Shown: in pieces, positions 30,496-41,213 of the stretch
Position numbering within the stretch: position 1 is the stretch's first letter
Layout of the letters: every line of letters begins with the position of its first letter
From: Terriglobia bacterium
GTDB lineage: Bacteria > Acidobacteriota > Terriglobia > 20CM-2-55-15
NCBI GenBank assembly: GCA_963664115.2
Contig: CAXWPJ010000010.1
Span: forward strand, 384,001-448,000
Direction: 5' to 3'
Length of the DNA: 64,000 nucleotides
Notes under the pieces: model-generated
Told to the model about the DNA's origin: nothing
Databases searched by the model: none
The model's input: only the letters and a program-made list of their open reading frames with translations
Position numbers and translations under genes: made by a program

Positions 30496-30569
30496 AGTGC
30501 TTTTGGGGAGATTACTGAGAAGACGTTGGTGGAGGGAGCGTAATTCAAACTACCACCTTCCCAGTTCCC

Positions 30570-30598
30570 TTGACTCCCCTCCGGCCCGTCCATAGAGT
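30570..30598 (+). promoter_or_regulatory. Putative sigma70 promoter
   Basis: TTGACT-17 bp-TAGAGT upstream of the SYLF gene. Confidence 0.5.
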
Positions 30599-30684
30599 CA
30601 CAGCATAGAAATCACGCTTGATATTGAAATCGAAGAGTTGGAATGCCACGTCGGCGAGCCGATTCCCGAAATTAGGAGGTAACG

Positions 30685-31335
30685 ATGTCGATTGTGTTGA
30701 GCTTGACTCTGATACTTATCCCATTGGCGCAAAGTCGCGATGATGTGAGCGAACGCCTCGACGAGGCCGCCGAGGTCTTTAGTGAACTTCTGAACGCGCC
30801 CGATGCCGACGTGCCCGAGGGGTTGCTCGAAGATGCCGAATGCGTCGCGGTGATCCCCGACGTTCGGAGAGCGGCATTTGGATTCGGCGGCCAGTCGGGG
30901 CGCGGTGCAGCATCCTGCCGAACGGATGGAGGCTGGAGCGCTCCTTCTATGCTCGCTCTGGACGGGGGGAGTTTTGGCTTTCAGATCGGAGTCAGCTCGT
31001 CCGACGTAGTCCTGCTCTTCATGGCCGATGACAGCGTCGAGCACCTGCTCGAGAACGAGGTGACCTTGGGTGGGGATGCCAGCGTTGCGGCTGGCCCGAA
31101 GGGCCGGGACCTCGGCGCCGATACGAACCTGACGTTTCAGGCCGAAATCCTTTCGTACAGCCGAAGCCGTGGCCTATTTGCGGGGATCGCGATCGAAGGT
31201 GCCTCGATGCGACCCGACCGGGATGCGAACGAAGTGCTGTACGGCCGGGAGATCTCGCCTGCGGAAATCCTTATGGAAGGAACGCCCGTGCCCGAACTGG
31301 CGACGCGATTCATTGAAGCGTTGCGATCAAACTGA
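30685..31335 (+). CDS. Lipid-binding SYLF (Ysc84) domain protein
   Basis: WSAPS, GGSFGFQIG, LGGDASVAAGP, SYSRSRGLFAG; AGGAGG RBS. Confidence 0.92.
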   Translation: MSIVLSLTLILIPLAQSRDDVSERLDEAAEVFSELLNAPDADVPEGLLEDAECVAVIPDVRRAAFGFGGQSGRGAASCRTDGGWSAPSMLALDGGSFGFQIGVSSSDVVLLFMADDSVEHLLENEVTLGGDASVAAGPKGRDLGADTNLTFQAEILSYSRSRGLFAGIAIEGASMRPDRDANEVLYGREISPAEILMEGTPVPELATRFIEALRSN

Positions 31336-31438
31336 GCTTCGTTCGTCGGCTTCGTGTCTCGGTGTTGAATGCTCTACTTCCGCGTCTCGATTCCTCTTTC
31401 AAGTGGGTACACGTATCCCTCAGTTCCTAATTCTGGAA

Positions 31439-31478
31439 GTTCAAGTCCTGAGAAATCATCTTGTCGGACATTGAGAAT
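31439..31478 (+). repeat. Array site, copy c
   Basis: GTTCA AGTCCTGAGAA ATCATC TTGTCGGACAT TGAGAAT. Confidence 0.9.
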
Positions 31479-31636
31479 TTCAGCGAACGGAAGCTAGAAC
31501 GCAGCCCGACGCTACCCCTACGTTGCCCCAAGGACACGCGCGTAGCCTGTAACCAGTTGATTCCGTGGTGCTAAATGTTTTGAATCTACTGACAACTAGT
31601 CAGCTTCCTGCCGAATGGCTGGATTTCGAGGCGCCA

Positions 31637-32065
31637 CTACTTGGTGGGCGCGCCCGACAAGTGGTATTCGTTCCCTAATTCCTCTGTTCCGCCCATCTCC
31701 AACGTCTTGCCATCCGCGAACTCGACGCGCACGATGCGTCCCACGGGTTTCCCACTCTTGGCCGGTTGTACAGTGACGGTAACCTGATCCCCAGGTTTCA
31801 GGGAGTTCTTCCTCCAGCCGGCATCAATCATGTTGGCCGGAGCCCTAGTCTCCGCAACCCACTGCACCACCTCGCTGCTGTCGGTCTTTACGTCGAACTT
31901 CAGGAGACAGTGCGGGTTGGCCCAGAACCATTCCGTGACCGTCCCCTCAATCGTGAGATTTTTCCCGGTCTCAAAAGCCGCCCCGCTGTGGTGTGCGAAC
32001 ATCGGAACCGCGACGATCAAAGCACCGAGAGACAGGGACAGATGGATCACGATCTTCCTCTTCAT
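31637..32065 (-). CDS. DUF6152-family secreted protein
   Basis: Signal peptide, AHHS, GTVTEWFWANPH, LKPGD. Confidence 0.8.
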   Translation of the reverse strand: MKRKIVIHLSLSLGALIVAVPMFAHHSGAAFETGKNLTIEGTVTEWFWANPHCLLKFDVKTDSSEVVQWVAETRAPANMIDAGWRKNSLKPGDQVTVTVQPAKSGKPVGRIVRVEFADGKTLEMGGTEELGNEYHLSGAPTK

Positions 32066-32225
32066 GGGTGACCTCCGTCTTGCTTCAAGACTCCCTGCAT
32101 CCTAAGGAACTAAGCTGATTGTAAAGACAGCTCCCGCCACGCGGTCAATTCTGAGATCAAGCTGCCCATAAGCCCGCGTTTCTGGTTCCGGCCCCAGGTC
32201 CAGGTGAAGGGCCACCTGCAGGTTA

Positions 32226-33116
32226 CTAGTTGTCGTTCTCGACGCCGCTGGCGGCGTTGCCGAACAACTCGTTATATTGTTGCATCTCTACCGGCGAGCA
32301 GTACATCTCCATGACATCGGTATGGGGGTCTGCCAACTTAAACATGATCTTCATGGTCATCCAGGGTTTTGTATAAACCTTGGGGTCGTCAATCGTCTCC
32401 GTCCACTCCATGTGGTCGCTATCCACACGGCGGAAAACTTCCTCTACGGTTACCGCGTCGCTGATCGGCCGACCTGTAGAATCGAGCCAGACTCTGTCTT
32501 CCGGCATCATCCCCACCGTCTGGACGACCAGTGTGTAATCATCGGTCCACTTGCCAACCGAGTACCCATACCACCGTGGCTCCTTAAATGTTCCGCCCGC
32601 CATCACGCCTCCCTCAACTATCTTGGGGAGCTCTCGCCCATCGATCCAGATGTCCCGCGACCTGTTGTCATATTCATACAGGATCGCGATCTTATATGGG
32701 TTCTGAAAGATCTGCGTCATCCTGACGTTGTAGTGATTGATGCGCGGGAATCCTAACGGCTCGCACTTATTCCTCGGATCATTACCAAACGCCGGGAGAA
32801 CTGCGTCGACGCCCTCCAGTGCCTTATTGCTCCTGTATAATTCCAACCCGTAAGGAGTGTAAGGCAATGCATGTTCCGGCTTCCCGTCGTTTGGCATGGC
32901 CTGCACGCCACCGAACTGGATTGCGCCCCCCGGCCCGCTGGCCGGCGTCCAAGTCCCCGAAAGGTCACGACGTGGAGCAGGTCCTGGTTCGGAACTATCA
33001 GCCGCTTCCGGCGGCCGCCGACCCTGGGCGCGCGTATCAGGCGAGAGTGCCAACACTGTGAATGCTGTAAATACCGCAATCAACACAGTCGCCGGAAACA
33101 GAAAAGGCTTTGCCAT
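32226..33116 (-). CDS. Secreted hypothetical protein (DUF6152-associated family)
   Basis: DLSGTW, CEPLGFPR, GYSVGKW, TIDDPKVYTKPW, EMYC; paralogous to 51107-51859. Confidence 0.8.
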   Translation of the reverse strand: MAKPFLFPATVLIAVFTAFTVLALSPDTRAQGRRPPEAADSSEPGPAPRRDLSGTWTPASGPGGAIQFGGVQAMPNDGKPEHALPYTPYGLELYRSNKALEGVDAVLPAFGNDPRNKCEPLGFPRINHYNVRMTQIFQNPYKIAILYEYDNRSRDIWIDGRELPKIVEGGVMAGGTFKEPRWYGYSVGKWTDDYTLVVQTVGMMPEDRVWLDSTGRPISDAVTVEEVFRRVDSDHMEWTETIDDPKVYTKPWMTMKIMFKLADPHTDVMEMYCSPVEMQQYNELFGNAASGVENDN

Positions 33117-33192
33117 TTGGAAACCCCTCCGACTTCAAGTTAGCCTACATTTTACTTACCCGAAATAAATTTTTAGCCCTCCCTCCGGAAGC

Positions 33193-33459
33193 GTGGAGTA
33201 TACACCCGTTTCGGGCACTGGAATTCTCGTAGCCGTACCGATTCAAACCAGTCCGACGTTTGCAACGAGTAGACTGCGGGAATTGTTTCCACTTGCTCGG
33301 TTACGAGCTATGAATAATGTCGCTAACTACGACATCGAACCTGAAGGTGAGAGATTCATCATGACGACAGAGGACGAGGCAGGGGAGGCATCCTCGAAAC
33401 AAATCAACATCGTCCTGAACTGGTTTGAGGAACTGAAAGAACGGGTGCCGGTGCCATAG
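33193..33459 (+). pseudogene. Ser/Thr kinase-PD40 protein, longer C-terminal remnant
   Basis: LVAVPI...ELF...NYDIEPEGERFIM...QINIVLNWFEELKERVPVP*. Confidence 0.82.
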
Positions 33460-33588
33460 TTTTTGAGTTCAAGTCCTGATAAATCGCAGTATGAAAGGAC
33501 GCCCCTAGACTGGGGGTTGTTGAGAGAAGACTCACTCAACAACCTGATCAACGTATACAGCGTTGATCCCAGAAAAGGAGCGTTCGAG

Positions 33589-34653
33589 ATGAAACAAGAC
33601 AAGTATATGGGTATGGATGTGCACCAGGCAACGACGGTGGTTGCGGTGAGAGACGGGAGCGGCAAACTGGTGTTTGAAACGATCGTGGAAACCGAGGCGG
33701 GGAGTATCACACGGCTGCTGGAGGGATTGAGTGGGCCGATGCACGTGGGGTTGGAGGAGACCACGCAAGCGGGCTGGTTATCGGAAGTGATCCGGCCGTG
33801 GGTGAGCGAGGTGGTGGTGTGCGATCCGCGACAGAACAAGTGGATGCAAGAAGGGTCGAAGGGGGATAAGCCGGATGCGCGGAAGCTGGCCGAGCTGTTG
33901 CGGGTGGGACTGTTGCGCTCGGTGTATCACGGCCATGAAGCGACGCGAGAATTGAAGCAACTGGTGCAGGCCTATGACACGTTCCAGTTGGACACGCAAC
34001 GGGTGATGTCGCGGATCAAAGCGATATACCGGGGACGGGGGATCCCGACACCGAAGGACGGAGTCTATCGGCCGAGTCAGCGCGAACAGTGGTTGGAGAA
34101 GCTGACCGAGCCGGGGATGAGGCAGCGCGCCCGATGGTTGTATGCGGAACTGGACCAGGTCCAGTTGCTGCGGAAACAATCCAGAAAAGCGGTGCGAGTG
34201 GAGGGCCGGCACCATGAGGCGGTGAAACTGCTCGAGACCATTCCACAACTGGGACCGGTTCGGGCGGCACAGATCGTCGCCATCGTGGACACGCCGTACC
34301 GATTCCGCACGACACCGCAGTTCTGGAGCTACAGTGGCCTGGGTGTGGTGACCCACATGAGCGCGGAGTATGAGATGCAGAGTGGACGTGTGGTGCGACG
34401 GAGGAAACCGGTGGCCACACGCGGATTGAATGCGAACTGCAACCGGCGATTGAAGTCGGTGTTCTTCTCAGCCGCGGCATCGGGAAAACAAAGCGAGCCG
34501 TATCGGATTTATCTGGAGAGTCTCCAGATGCGTGGGATGCGGGAGGAAATGGCGCGGGTCACTCTGGCCCGTAAGATCGCCGCACTGGTGCTGACGCTTT
34601 GGAAGAAAGGAGAATCGTTCGATCCAAAGAAACTGAGCTGGATGACAACATAA
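33589..34653 (+). CDS. IS110-family DEDD recombinase/transposase
   Basis: MGMDVH, LEET, KGDKPDARKLA, TIPQLGPVRA, FWSYSGL, LARKIA. Confidence 0.93.
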   Translation: MKQDKYMGMDVHQATTVVAVRDGSGKLVFETIVETEAGSITRLLEGLSGPMHVGLEETTQAGWLSEVIRPWVSEVVVCDPRQNKWMQEGSKGDKPDARKLAELLRVGLLRSVYHGHEATRELKQLVQAYDTFQLDTQRVMSRIKAIYRGRGIPTPKDGVYRPSQREQWLEKLTEPGMRQRARWLYAELDQVQLLRKQSRKAVRVEGRHHEAVKLLETIPQLGPVRAAQIVAIVDTPYRFRTTPQFWSYSGLGVVTHMSAEYEMQSGRVVRRRKPVATRGLNANCNRRLKSVFFSAAASGKQSEPYRIYLESLQMRGMREEMARVTLARKIAALVLTLWKKGESFDPKKLSWMTT

Positions 34654-34714
34654 GCCGTTTCGATCCGTGACCGGTAGAGCCGTACTGAGTCGTTAGACGG
34701 AGTCGGAACAACTG

Positions 34715-34845
34715 AGGATCGAGGGTGAGGATCTGCACAAGATGTGGTCCCTGGATACGTCCAGAGGACACTTTTAAATCTCTATCCCCCCTCGCACGAC
34801 CTGAAACAGCGATAGCCTTCGAGGCTCAGATAGATCCATGGTCGG
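34715..34845 (+). ncRNA. Putative bridge/seek RNA of IS110 #1
   Basis: Two stem-enclosed internal loops: ACAAGATG / TAAATC match the target, and GCGAT / ATAGATC match the element's end junction. Confidence 0.7.
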
Positions 34846-35368
34846 CACATGCCGTCCCATATGCTGTTCAGTTTCTGAATCGACCGTCTTAAAGATGTAC
34901 GATTTCGCTCCGGATTGCCGGAACCAGGGCTTCACATAACGGTAGAGGGGCTGGCTGTCACGACAAAAGTGTCCGTCTGGCCGGCCATCGGGGAGCTGTT
35001 TCTCTTGACATCCCCTTTCATAGATCATCTTGTCGGAAGTTGAGAATTGGATTGTGTGGTTTTCGTCGATCCCGAGAGTAGGAAATAGAGACAGTTCTTT
35101 TGTTTTCCTATTGAATAAGACTGGATTCCAGGACTGTGACGGCTCTGAGCCGTTGGTCCAATCCGCCGACCGTCGTCCGGCAGAGCATCAGCGCCGCATA
35201 CCCCAGACACATGCCCCCGCCAATGGTCCATTCCCGGCGAGTTCTGGACAGGTTCAAAACGCTTTCGTTCACGACGTGGAGCCGAAACGTTTGTCAGTCA
35301 AACTTGTCAGAAACTTTCTCGGTGATTGCATTCTGCTTGGACTCGATATTCGAGTGCGCTATTTTTCG

Positions 35369-37579
35369 CTAGCCGCTCAACCATCCCGGCAGAATAGCCT
35401 TGATCTGGTTCCAATAGATCGCGCCGAGAATTACGACAGCGAGCAGGGCGAATAGGGAAACCGCACCGACACGAGTCCAACGAGTTCCTCCGTGGCCGGT
35501 CTGACGTAGGAAGAGGGTGACCAGATCGCGGCGTTCCTTGCGTGCCCCTTCTGGCAAGTGGGGCGTGTGGCTGAAGAGGTATCCGAGCCGCCGCGTCATG
35601 TACATGCGGAAGTTCACCGCCCAGCCGCAGGCCTCCAACAGAGCGCTCATGTCCCGCTTGCGCAGCTTGTTCCAACCCGCAAGGGCACTGAACAGGGCCA
35701 CCACGAGAACCAGGCTCATCAAGGTAATGCCGACCCTCAGAAGGCTGATTTCCGAAAGTGTGCTGATCAGGTAGGCCAGCGATGAACCGATGGCGGCGAA
35801 GGCAATGCCGCCGCCAAGCAGCAGGTCGCGCATGCCAATGCCAGATTGGGGTGGGGCTTGGGCCGATGGCGCCTCGGCAGGCTGCTGGAGCGATTCGCCT
35901 GCTTCCATCTTCGTCGTGACCTCGGTCGTGGCCTTTTCCAGGGATCCCGCCTGGGTGCCTACAAAGGCTTCAACCTTCTCGGATATTAGTTTCTTGGCTT
36001 TCACAAAAGGCGACTTGACCGCTTCGCCCAGGCTGATGGGGTTCTCGATCAAATCCACCACTCGTGCGTCCCACTCATTGCCATCGAGATCATAGAAGAT
36101 ACCGCGCTTGCCAATTTCGATGGCCCCCTGGCCGCCGGAGGTGAGAGCGGCGGCAATCTCGAAACTGGGCCCCAGCCCCTCGGGTACAGTGATCTCGGCG
36201 TACACCAGGTACATCTCGCTGGCCTGGGCGATCTTCTTGTGCTCGGCGCGATTTCGGACCTTTGTCGTGAATGTAAGTTCACGGCCGTCAATGATCAGGT
36301 CGCCCAATTCAAACAGGGCGCGGCGATCCGGGTCGTACATCGCGGAGAAACTTACAAAGTTGTTGGCCAGTTCCAGGAGCCAGCGTTGGTACAGGATGAG
36401 CGTCTCCAGGTCCGTCACCTGCTTCACTTCATCCTTCACCGCTAGATCCTCCAGCAGGAGCTCGAAGAGCCTCTTCTCGGCCGGACCATCTAAATATTCC
36501 CTCAGCGTTGTCTCGCTGATCCGTCCGACGCCATCCGACGGCTTTCCCGCCTGCCACCCTCGGTAGGGCTCGAAAATGGCCTGGACCTGCCCCCAGCCGA
36601 TCCGCGTGAGAGATTGGCGGGAGTTTGGCTGGGCACGGGCAAGGACCCGATTTTGTAATTCGTCCATCTGTTCCCGGTAGTACGGATTGATGGGGCCCCG
36701 CAGATTCAACACACCTTCAGCGTTTGGCGTTTGCAGGGGCGCTCGCGCGAGCTGACTTCTCAGAGCTTCCAGGTCGGAGCCGTCCAGGTTCCAGAGATCG
36801 TGTTCATTCAGGCAGATGCGTTCGGCGGTGCGGGCATCGAGCTGGACCATGTCGCATTGCAAGAAGAACTGTCGGATCTTGGCATCGAACTCCGACGTGA
36901 GCTTCACCGCGGCCGCCGTGTCGCCGCCCCAGGGCAGAATCCCTGCCGCGCCGTCATCTTCGGCGAGCGTCTTCCAGTCCAGGTACGTCCTCGCACGATC
37001 CAGGAATTGGCGCAGGTGATCTTCGTTTATTCCGTCTGCGCCGCTGATGTCCTTGGTACTGCCGACCTGTTTGAGTACGTCCGCTGCCAACTGTGCCGCC
37101 CCGGGATCCGAAACGTGCTCGGGGGGGAGCACCCCGTCGCCGTTGGGAGGCAATTTCCCATATGTATTCTGAAATACGCGGACCTGTTCGAGGCTGATCT
37201 GGTCCATGTTCTTTGCCTTCAACTGGCCCAGGATATGGATCGCGGCTTCCTGGAGCCCCCGGCCCTCCTCGTGGCTGGTATCCAGGTCCGCGAGGCGCAG
37301 GACATCGGAGGACTCAGCCATTCGGTCTCTCGTTGCCATCATATGGAATGTCCAGGTCACTCCCGCCCGCAAATGCTCGGCACGGATTGTCCCGCTGCCA
37401 TCCTGATTCAAGTACTTGAGGAACGCGGGATCGCATTGCAGGCTTTCGATCTGCACACTGGTGGCAGCCCAGCGAGCGGGGTGGAGCTGGTGAATGAAGG
37501 CCAAATCCTCCGCACTCTCGATGCGCAGTTGGTGGATGCCGCCGTAATTTCGAAAGACAATGGGCTTCACAACCCACAT
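35369..37579 (-). CDS. Large hypothetical membrane protein
   Basis: About 736 aa, with an EF-hand-like NQDGSGTI, a helical body and C-terminal TM helices. It is the only gene between sites d and e. Start uncertain. Confidence 0.75.
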   Translation of the reverse strand: MWVVKPIVFRNYGGIHQLRIESAEDLAFIHQLHPARWAATSVQIESLQCDPAFLKYLNQDGSGTIRAEHLRAGVTWTFHMMATRDRMAESSDVLRLADLDTSHEEGRGLQEAAIHILGQLKAKNMDQISLEQVRVFQNTYGKLPPNGDGVLPPEHVSDPGAAQLAADVLKQVGSTKDISGADGINEDHLRQFLDRARTYLDWKTLAEDDGAAGILPWGGDTAAAVKLTSEFDAKIRQFFLQCDMVQLDARTAERICLNEHDLWNLDGSDLEALRSQLARAPLQTPNAEGVLNLRGPINPYYREQMDELQNRVLARAQPNSRQSLTRIGWGQVQAIFEPYRGWQAGKPSDGVGRISETTLREYLDGPAEKRLFELLLEDLAVKDEVKQVTDLETLILYQRWLLELANNFVSFSAMYDPDRRALFELGDLIIDGRELTFTTKVRNRAEHKKIAQASEMYLVYAEITVPEGLGPSFEIAAALTSGGQGAIEIGKRGIFYDLDGNEWDARVVDLIENPISLGEAVKSPFVKAKKLISEKVEAFVGTQAGSLEKATTEVTTKMEAGESLQQPAEAPSAQAPPQSGIGMRDLLLGGGIAFAAIGSSLAYLISTLSEISLLRVGITLMSLVLVVALFSALAGWNKLRKRDMSALLEACGWAVNFRMYMTRRLGYLFSHTPHLPEGARKERRDLVTLFLRQTGHGGTRWTRVGAVSLFALLAVVILGAIYWNQIKAILPGWLSG

Positions 37580-38119
37580 TCTACTCTGGAGTGTCCCGGC
37601 CGCGTGGGTGCCACACGTATTTTCGCCGCGATCCGGTTTCCGAAGGTGCGGGTGGCGATTCGTTAGTTTCTTGTCGAAATCCGTTAGATTTCCTTTCTTG
37701 CGATCATGTTCTGAAAATCCGCTCAGGGGCGCGAGCGGCAGAACTGACGTCAATAGTTCGGCTCGATTGGCGTCGCTTTTCTGCTGCGGAGGCCTTGTTC
37801 TGGGCCGTCGTGGACATCATCAACTTAAGCTGTTCGATGGCGTTTTCGGCTCCCTCTGTCGCCTCCGGCGACAGTTTTGCCGGCATCTGGCCATCCATTG
37901 CACTGCAAACCCTGCTGCCGAGTAGAGGAAGCCACTATCGGTCCGTAGGTATCCCCTTGGCCGTATCCGCCGTTTCCGGCATCGTGCCCGTGCCCTGATC
38001 TTCAAGGTCAAGTCCTGTATCTGGACTCCTCTGTCAAGTAGGCGCAGCTCTCCCGTCAGCTTTCTTCGGCAAAATGCATTCAGCAGGACTGACTAGAAGT
38101 TACGAGGTGAGTAGCTAGT

Positions 38120-39966
38120 CCCTGAACAAGCGTGATTGACGAGGAAATGATAGTGCAATAAGAGCGGAAGTACCCGAAATGCCCCCTCTCCGTGCGAAAA
38201 AAACCTTGAACAGATTCTTCGGAAAAGGAGGCATTTCAGATGAACGATTATACGCGCAAGAACATGAGGAACCGCAAGCGGCGAATCGAACGTCGGCTTG
38301 GGGACCGGCATTGGACGGATCAGGTAGAGCCGATGTTTTCGGCGAGCAACATTCAGTACGAGATGGGAGAGCGGACGCGGGGCACATCGGTTGGTGGTAT
38401 CGGGACGATGCAACTGGTGGCGCGGCGGACCGGGCTGATCGAAGCCATCGACAAGGGCGTGCATGTGTTGAAGCGGCACCTGCCGTATCACGAGTCGGAT
38501 CACGTGCTGAACATCGCCTACAACGCCTTGAGCGGAGGAACGTGCCTGGAAGACATCGAACTGCGGCGCAACGATGCGGTGTATCTGGATGCGCTGGGAG
38601 CGCAACGGATTCCGGATCCGACGACGGCGGGAGACTTCTGCCGGAGATTCGAGGCCGACGACGTGGAGTGTCTGATGGAGGCAACCAATCAAGTCCGGCT
38701 CGGAGTCTGGCGACAGCAACCGGCGGCGTTTTTCGAAGAAGCGGTGTTGGACGCGGACGGGACACTGGCCGAAACCACGGGGGAATGCAAGCAAGGGATG
38801 GACGTGGCCTACGACGGGACGTGGGGATATCACCCGCTGATGATCTCGCTGGCCAACACCGCCGAACCGCTGTATCTGGTCAATCGTAGCGGCAACCGGC
38901 CGTCGCATGAAGGAGCCGCGGTCCGGTTCGACCAAGCCATCGCATTGTGCCGGCATGCGGGGTTTCGCCAGATCCTGCTGCGCGGGGACACGGACTTCAG
39001 CCAGACCCGGCATCTGGACGGATGGGACGACCAGCAGGTGGGTTTCATATTCGGGATTGACGCGATGGCGAACCTGAAGGCCCGGGCCGATGAACTGGAG
39101 CCGCGCCAGTGGAAGCGCCTGGAACGGCCCGCGAAATACGACGTGGCGACCGAACCGCGCCAACGTCCCGACAACGTGAAGGAAGAGATCGTTCGGCAGC
39201 GCGGTTTCGACAATATCCGCTTGCAGGGTGAGGATGTGGCCGAGTTTCGGTATCGACCCGGAGCCTGCGATCGGGACTACCGTGTCGTCGTGGTGCGGAA
39301 GAATCTGTCGGTGGCCAAAGGAGAGCAGGTGTTGTTTGACGACATCCGGTACTTCTTCTACATTACCAACCGTTCGGATCCGGCCGACCAGATTGTGATG
39401 CGTGCCAATCAACGGTGCAATCAGGAGAATCTCATTGAGCAGTTGAAGAACGGCGTTCAGGCGTTGCGGATGCCGGTCGGAGATCAGACCAGCAACTGGG
39501 CCTACATGGTGATCGCGTCACTGGCCTGGACACTGAAAGCGTGGTTTGCATTGCTGCTTCCCGAAACCGGACGTTGGGGCCAAAAATATCAGGCTGAGAA
39601 GCAAACCGTGCTGCGCATGGAGTTCAAAACCTTCTTGAACGCTTTCATGCTTGTGCCGTGCCAACTCGTGCGCACCGGGCGGCGCATTCTGTTCCGGATC
39701 CTGGCCTGGAACCGGTGGTTGCCGGTCTTGTTCCGCGGGGTGGATGTGTTGCGTCAGCCTCTGCGATGTTGACCCGATCATGACTCTGAGCCCGGGCGAT
39801 CGAGGTCCCGGTTTCTGTCAACCGTCCAACACCAGCGAGGCTGAACTGAAACAGATTCAACAGAAACTCGATACCTGGAACAGGCCATCCGGGAACGGGA
39901 TTCTATGCCTCGAATTCTATCGGCGCGAACTGGGCCTCGGCGGACTGGTTATGCGCTTGTTTTGGG
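38120..39966 (+). mobile_element. IS1380-family element, copy 1
   Basis: IRs CCCTGAACAAGCG / CGCTTGTTTTGGG; 6-bp duplication GCTAGT; 1847 bp. Confidence 0.92.
38240..39772 (+). CDS. IS1380-family transposase
   Basis: LDADGT, GYHPL, LRGDTDF, NQRCNQENLIEQLK. Confidence 0.92.
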   Translation: MNDYTRKNMRNRKRRIERRLGDRHWTDQVEPMFSASNIQYEMGERTRGTSVGGIGTMQLVARRTGLIEAIDKGVHVLKRHLPYHESDHVLNIAYNALSGGTCLEDIELRRNDAVYLDALGAQRIPDPTTAGDFCRRFEADDVECLMEATNQVRLGVWRQQPAAFFEEAVLDADGTLAETTGECKQGMDVAYDGTWGYHPLMISLANTAEPLYLVNRSGNRPSHEGAAVRFDQAIALCRHAGFRQILLRGDTDFSQTRHLDGWDDQQVGFIFGIDAMANLKARADELEPRQWKRLERPAKYDVATEPRQRPDNVKEEIVRQRGFDNIRLQGEDVAEFRYRPGACDRDYRVVVVRKNLSVAKGEQVLFDDIRYFFYITNRSDPADQIVMRANQRCNQENLIEQLKNGVQALRMPVGDQTSNWAYMVIASLAWTLKAWFALLLPETGRWGQKYQAEKQTVLRMEFKTFLNAFMLVPCQLVRTGRRILFRILAWNRWLPVLFRGVDVLRQPLRC

Positions 39967-39974
39967 GCTAGTCG

Positions 39975-40110
39975 ACTGCACCCGTATCTTCGGCCTCAAA
40001 AGTGGAACTGTATTGTTCCAGGCCATGATGGAAATTTGCGCGCGGGGAGCCAACCGATAAAATAACGGCCTCTAAGGGCCAAAGGACTTGTCGGCGTTGC
40101 CCCGCGCCGG
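39975..40110 (-). ncRNA. Putative bridge/seek RNA of IS110 #2
   Basis: On the minus strand: CAAGTCCT-hairpin-TTTAT (target) and CCATCA-hairpin-AGATA (donor junction). Confidence 0.68.
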
Positions 40111-40178
40111 TCTGACCGGTACGCCATCATCTCGAACCTCATCGCAGCTCGCTGAAAAGATATTCCGACTGTTCCGGG

Positions 40179-41213
40179 TCAGGCCGCCTGATACCGGGCC
40201 TGATGGTCACAGTCACGGTTCCAAACCGCCCACACGCGACGCGCCAACTTGTTGGCCAGTGCAACGATTGCCTTGTTGTGTCCGCGGAACTCGTGTTTCT
40301 GGAGACCCCATTGCTGGAGAGGTGTCGGTGTGGCGCCCTCTCGATGGGCACTCCACAACAGGGAACGGCCCCCATGAACCAACAGCATCCGGAGGTAACG
40401 ATCGCCTTGCTTACTGATCCGGCCCATGCGTCGCTGGTTGCCACTGGAATGTTCCCGGGGTGTGAGTCCCAGATAACTGGCAAAATGGCGGGACGTTCGG
40501 AATCGTTTGATGTTTCCAACAAACCCCACCATTGCCGTTGCCGTTAACAGGCCGATGCCGGGAATCGACGTCAGACGCGCGACCTCAGGCATCTGCCGAG
40601 CCAGCGTCTTCAACTCTTGTTCCACCGATCGCATGCGAGATTCCAATTCACGGATCTCGCCACACACCTGGTGAAACATCTCCCGAACGACACTGGGGAT
40701 GACGACATCTGCATCTTCGATCAGCTCCATTACCCCCGGCACCAGATGATCCGCTCCGGTCGGGATCACGTAGCCAAACTCCCGTAACAACCCCCGCACC
40801 GTATTGATCCGTGCGGTTCGGGTTCGCATCCACGCCGAACGGATTCGATGCAATGAGGTCAGTTGCTGTTGGGCCAGGGTTTTGACCGGCACTGGATGAA
40901 TATCGCTGTCACGATAGGCTTCCAACAATCCTTTCACATCCGTACGGTCGGTCTTGTTGCGCCTGACGTAGGGCGTCACATACTGCGGCGAGATCAGAAC
41001 GACCGTGTGTCCCAGTTCCCGGATCTTCCGACCCCAGTAATGGGCGGATCCGCAGGCTTCCATCACCACGGTCGCCAGCTCCTGGTTCGCAAAGAACCCC
41101 AGAAACTTTGCCCGACTTAAACGATAGGTTTTCTCTACATGCCCGGGGCGATCTGAAACACCAATTTGAAAAACATTCTTTGCCAGATCCACTGCTATCG
41201 TTCTATTCTTCAT
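40179..41213 (-). CDS. IS110-family DEDD recombinase/transposase
   Basis: IAVDLAK, MEACG, KTDRTD, SIPGIG, GLTPREHSSG, ISKQGD, ALANKLAR. Confidence 0.95.
   Translation of the reverse strand: MKNRTIAVDLAKNVFQIGVSDRPGHVEKTYRLSRAKFLGFFANQELATVVMEACGSAHYWGRKIRELGHTVVLISPQYVTPYVRRNKTDRTDVKGLLEAYRDSDIHPVPVKTLAQQQLTSLHRIRSAWMRTRTARINTVRGLLREFGYVIPTGADHLVPGVMELIEDADVVIPSVVREMFHQVCGEIRELESRMRSVEQELKTLARQMPEVARLTSIPGIGLLTATAMVGFVGNIKRFRTSRHFASYLGLTPREHSSGNQRRMGRISKQGDRYLRMLLVHGGRSLLWSAHREGATPTPLQQWGLQKHEFRGHNKAIVALANKLARRVWAVWNRDCDHQARYQAA

Larger units (their letters stand above)
33486..35026 (+). mobile_element. IS110-family (IS1111-type) element #1
   Basis: Sub-terminal IRs TATGAAAGG / CCTTTCATA; long 3' non-coding end; TTGACA at 35005 near the right end; ATC at both junctions. 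Confidence 0.9.
33467..35047 (+). repeat. Array site, copy d, split by IS110 (halves 33467-33485 and 35024-35047)
   Basis: Joining the halves at the shared ATC gives GTTCA AGTCCTGATAA ATCATC TTGTCGGAAGT TGAGAAT. Confidence 0.88.
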
